From a virus (Duplodnaviria > Heunggongvirae > Uroviricota > Caudoviricetes), in IMG/VR virus record IMGVR_UViG_2681813271_000002: a stretch of 23,092 nucleotides of DNA. One strand, 5' to 3'. Under the pieces are notes generated by a model. The model saw nothing but the letters and a program-made list of their open reading frames with translations, made no database searches and was not told the DNA's origin. The position numbers and the translations under genes are program-made. Every line of letters begins with the position of its first letter. Positions within the stretch are counted from its first letter, which is position 1. Below, piece by piece: positions 19,399-23,092 of the stretch.

Positions 19399-22300
19399 AT
19401 GGGTAAAGGCAGCAGTAAGGGGCATACCCCGCGCGAAGCGAAGGACAACCTGAAGTCCACGCAGCTGCTGAGTGTGATCGATGCCATCAGCGAAGGGCCG
19501 GTTGAAGGTCCGGTGGATGGATTAAAAAGCGTGCTGCTGAACAGTACGCCGGTGCTGGACAGTGAGGGGAATACCAACATCTCCGGCGTCACGGTGGTGT
19601 TCCGGGCAGGTGAGCAGGAGCAGTCACCGCCGGAGGGATTTGAATCCTCCGGCTCCGAGACGGTGCTGGGTACGGAAGTGAAATATGACACGCCGATCAC
19701 CCGGACCATCACGTCGGCAAACATTGACCGACTGCGTTTTACCTTCGGTGTACAGGCACTGGTGGAAACCACCTCAAAGGGAGACAGGAATCCGTCTGAA
19801 GTTCGCCTGCTGGTTCAGATACAGCGTAACGGTGGCTGGGTGACGGAAAAAGACATCACCATTAAGGGCAAAACCACCTCGCAGTATCTGGCCTCGGTGG
19901 TGGTGGATAACCTGCCGCCGCGCCCGTTTAATATCCGGATGCGCAGAATGACGCCGGACAGCACCACAGACCAGCTGCAGAACAAAACGCTCTGGTCGTC
20001 ATACACCGAAATCATCGATGTGAAACAGTGCTACCCGAACACGGCACTGGTCGGCGTACAGGTGGATTCGGAGCAGTTCGGCAGCCAGCAGGTGAGCCGT
20101 AATTATCATCTTCGCGGGCGCATTCTGCAGGTGCCGTCGAACTATAATCCGCAGACGCGGCAATACAGCGGTATCTGGGACGGAACGTTAAAACCGGCAT
20201 ACAGCAACAACATGGCCTGGTGTCTGTGGGATATGCTGACCCATCCGCGCTATGGCATGGGGAAACGTCTTGGTGCGGCAGATGTGGATAAATGGGCGCT
20301 GTATGTCATCGGCCAGTACTGTGACCAGTCGGTGCCGGACGGCTTTGGCAGCACGGAGCCGCGCATCACCTGTAATGCCTGGCTGACCACACAGCGCAAG
20401 GCGTGGGATGTGCTCAGTGATTTCTGCTCGGCGATGCGCTGTATGCCGGTATGGAACGGGCAGACGCTGACGTTCGTGCAGGACCGACAGTCGGATAAGG
20501 TGTGGGCCTATAACCGCAGTAATGTGGTGATGCCGGATGATGGCGCGCCGTTCCGCTACAGTTTCAGCGCCCTGAAAGACCGCCATAATGCCGTTGAGGT
20601 GAACTGGATTGACCCGGATAACGGCTGGGAGACGGCGACAGAGCTTGTGGAGGATACGCAGGCCATTGTCCGTTACGGTCGTAACGTCACGAAGATGGAT
20701 GCCTTTGGCTGTACCAGCCGGGGGCAGGCACACCGCGCCGGGCTGTGGCTGATTAAAACGGAACTGCTGGAGACGCAGACCGTGGATTTCAGCGTGGGTG
20801 CTGAAGGGCTTCGTCATGTACCGGGCGATGTCATTGAAATCTGCGATGATGACTATGCCGGTATCCGCACCGGCGGGCGCGTGCTGGCGGTGAACAGCCA
20901 GACCCGGACGCTGACGCTCGACCGTGAAATCACGCTGCCATCCTCCGGCACCACGCTGATAAGCCTGGTTGACGGGCAGGGGAATCCGGTCAGCGTGGAG
21001 GTCCAGTCCGTCACCGACGGCGTGAAGGTAAAAGTGAGCCGTGTTCCTGACGGTGTTGCTGAATACAGCGTGTGGGGGCTGAAGCTGCCGACGCTGCACC
21101 AGCGATTGTTCCGCTGCGTGAGTATCCGTGAGAACGACGACGGCACGTATGCCATCACCGCCGTGCAGCATGTGCCGGAAAAAGAAGCCATCGTGGATAA
21201 CGGGGCGCACTTTGACGGCGACCAGAGCGGCACGGTGAATGGTGTCACGCCGCCAGCGGTGCAGCACCTGACTGCCGAAGTCACCGCAGACAGCGGGGAA
21301 TATCAGGTGCTGGCGCGCTGGGACACGCCGAAGGTGGTGAAGGGCGTGAGCTTCCTGCTCCGTCTGACCGTAACAGCGGATGACGGCAGTGAGCGGCTGG
21401 TCAGCACGGCCCGGACGACGGAAACCACTTACCGCTTCACACAACTGGCGCTGGGGAACTACAGGCTGACAGTCCGGGCAGTAAATGCGTGGGGGCAGCA
21501 GGGCGATCCGGCGTCGGTATCGTTCCGGATTGCCGCACCGGCAGCGCTGTCGCGGATTGAGCTGACGCCGGGCTATTTTCAGATAACCGCCACGCCGCAT
21601 CTTGCGGTTTATGATCCGACGGTACAGTTTGAGTTCTGGTTCTCGGAAAAGCGGATTGCGGATATCAGGCAGGTTGAAACCACAGCACGCTATCTTGGCA
21701 CGGCGCTGTACTGGATAGCCGCCAGTATCAATATCAAACCGGGCCATGATTATTACTTTTATATCCGCAGTGTGAACACCGTTGGCAAATCGGCATTCGT
21801 GGAGGCTGTTGGTCAGCCGAGTGATGATGCATCCGGTTATCTGGATTTTTTCAAAGGCGAGATAGGGAAAACCCATCTGGCTCAGGAGCTGTGGACGCAG
21901 ATTGATAACGGTCAGCTTGCGCCTGACCTGGCTGAAATCAGGACGTCCATTACGGATGTCAGCAATGAAATCACGCAGACCGTCAATAAGAAACTGGAAG
22001 ACCAGAGTGCGGCAATTCAGCAGATACAGAAGGTTCAGGTTGATACAAATAATAATCTGAACAGCATGTGGGCTGTGAAGCTGCAACAGATGAAGGACGG
22101 ACGCCTTTATATTGCGGGTATCGGTGCCGGTATTGAGAATACGCCAGCAGGAATGCAGAGTCAGGTGCTGCTGGCGGCAGACAGGATTGCGATGATTAAT
22201 CCTGCGAATGGCAACACAAAGCCGATGTTTGTTGGTCAGGGCGATCAGATATTCATGAACGACGTGTTCCTGAAACGCCTGACGGCTCCCACCATTACCA

Positions 22301-22779
22301 GCGGCGGTAATCCTCCGGCATTTTCCCTGACACCGGACGGAAAACTGACCGCTAAAAATGCAGATATCAGTGGCAGTGTGAATGCGAACGCCGGGACGCT
22401 CAACAATGTCACAATTAATGAGAACTGTCAGATTAAGGGGAAACTGTCAGCCAACCAGATTGAAGGCGATATAGTCAAAACAGTGGGTAAGGCTTTTCCG
22501 CGGGACTCCCGGGCACCGGAGCGGTGGCCATCAGGGACCATTACCGTCAGGATTTATGACGATCAGCCTTTTGACAGGCAAATTGTTATTCCGGCGGTGG
22601 CATTCAGCGGCGCTAAACATGAGCGGGAGAATAACGATATTTATTCGTCATGCCGCCTGATAGTACGGAAAAACGGTGCTGAAATTTATAACCGTACCGC
22701 GCTGGATAATACGCTGATTTACAGTGGTGTTATTGATATGCCAGCTGGTCGCGGCCACATGACGCTGGAGTTTTCGGTG
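19399..22779 (+). CDS. J: tail tip central fibre / host-specificity protein J; 3' end lost in N-run; C-terminal region diverged from lambda
   Basis: ATG at 19399 preceded by ggag. Translation [105 protein letters not shown]… is open for 1127 codons to the gap. It is absent from the ORF track only because no stop is reached before the N-run. Lambda-like over about the first 900 aa; the last ~200 visible residues differ from recalled lambda J. Confidence 0.93.
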
Positions 22780-23048
22780 NNNNNNNNNNNNNNNNNNNNN
22801 NNNNNNNNNNNNNNNNNNNNNNNNNNNNNNNNNNNNNNNNNNNNNNNNNNNNNNNNNNNNNNNNNNNNNNNNNNNNNNNNNNNNNNNNNNNNNNNNNNNN
22901 NNNNNNNNNNNNNNNNNNNNNNNNNNNNNNNNNNNNNNNNNNNNNNNNNNNNNNNNNNNNNNNNNNNNNNNNNNNNNNNNNNNNNNNNNNNNNNNNNNNN
23001 NNNNNNNNNNNNNNNNNNNNNNNNNNNNNNNNNNNNNNNNNNNNNNNN
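22780..23048. other. N-run (269 nt) spanning the J 3' end, the J-lom intergenic region and the lom 5' end
   Basis: Run of n. Confidence 1.
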
Positions 23049-23092
23049 GCCGTATCCGGTGCGCCTGCATGGGCGTCTGAACATCAGTCCAC
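23049..23092 (+). CDS. lom: outer-membrane protein Lom (OmpX/Ail family), internal N-terminal fragment only
   Basis: Frame beginning at 23049 reads AVSGAPAWASEHQS, which matches the recalled lambda Lom signal-peptide/cleavage region (…ICLAVSGAPAWA|SEHQSTLSAGY…). Position immediately downstream of J is as in lambda. Only 14 codons are visible. Confidence 0.5.

Noticed and set aside
20188-22086. 632-aa ORF on the minus strand entirely inside J
   Set aside because: It is in the codon-aligned antisense frame of J. It stays open only because J avoids the sense codons TTA, CTA and TCA over this stretch. No independent start context; typical antisense artefact in GC-rich phage structural genes.

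Overview
This window is the late (morphogenesis) operon of a lambda-like siphovirus prophage in an enterobacterial host, read left to right on the + strand. The products are recognisably those of phage lambda by direct reading of the translated ORFs. Order: two small leftward accessory genes (YdfO-like DUF1398, YnfO-like DUF3950), the cos packaging site (cosQ-cosN-cosB), then nu1-A-W-B-C/nu3-D-E-FI-FII-Z-U-V-G/GT-H-M-L-K-I, a second diverged copy of M-L-K-I, J, and the start of lom. The cos junction is internal, so this is a prophage or circular/concatemeric form, not a linear virion end. Five N-runs (181-232, 9013-9062, 9182-9275, 16417-17050, 22780-23048) interrupt the sequence and their lengths do not match the lambda-equivalent sequence, so they look like assembly gaps of approximate size. 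The most unusual signal is the tandem, non-identical duplication of the tail-tip module M-L-K-I (roughly 68-88% protein identity between copies) between H and J, with the junction hidden in the 634-nt gap. I cannot tell from sequence alone whether this is a real mosaic or a scaffolding join of two co-resident lambdoid prophages. Other points of interest: a cosN cohesive-end segment that differs from canonical lambda at 6 of 12 positions, comparative evidence that K is a 247-aa protein, and a J C-terminus that diverges from lambda. No tRNA, rRNA, CRISPR array, integrase or att site was seen. All family and identity statements rest on reading the translations and on recalled lambda sequences and coordinates; no searches were run and identity percentages are hand-counted estimates.
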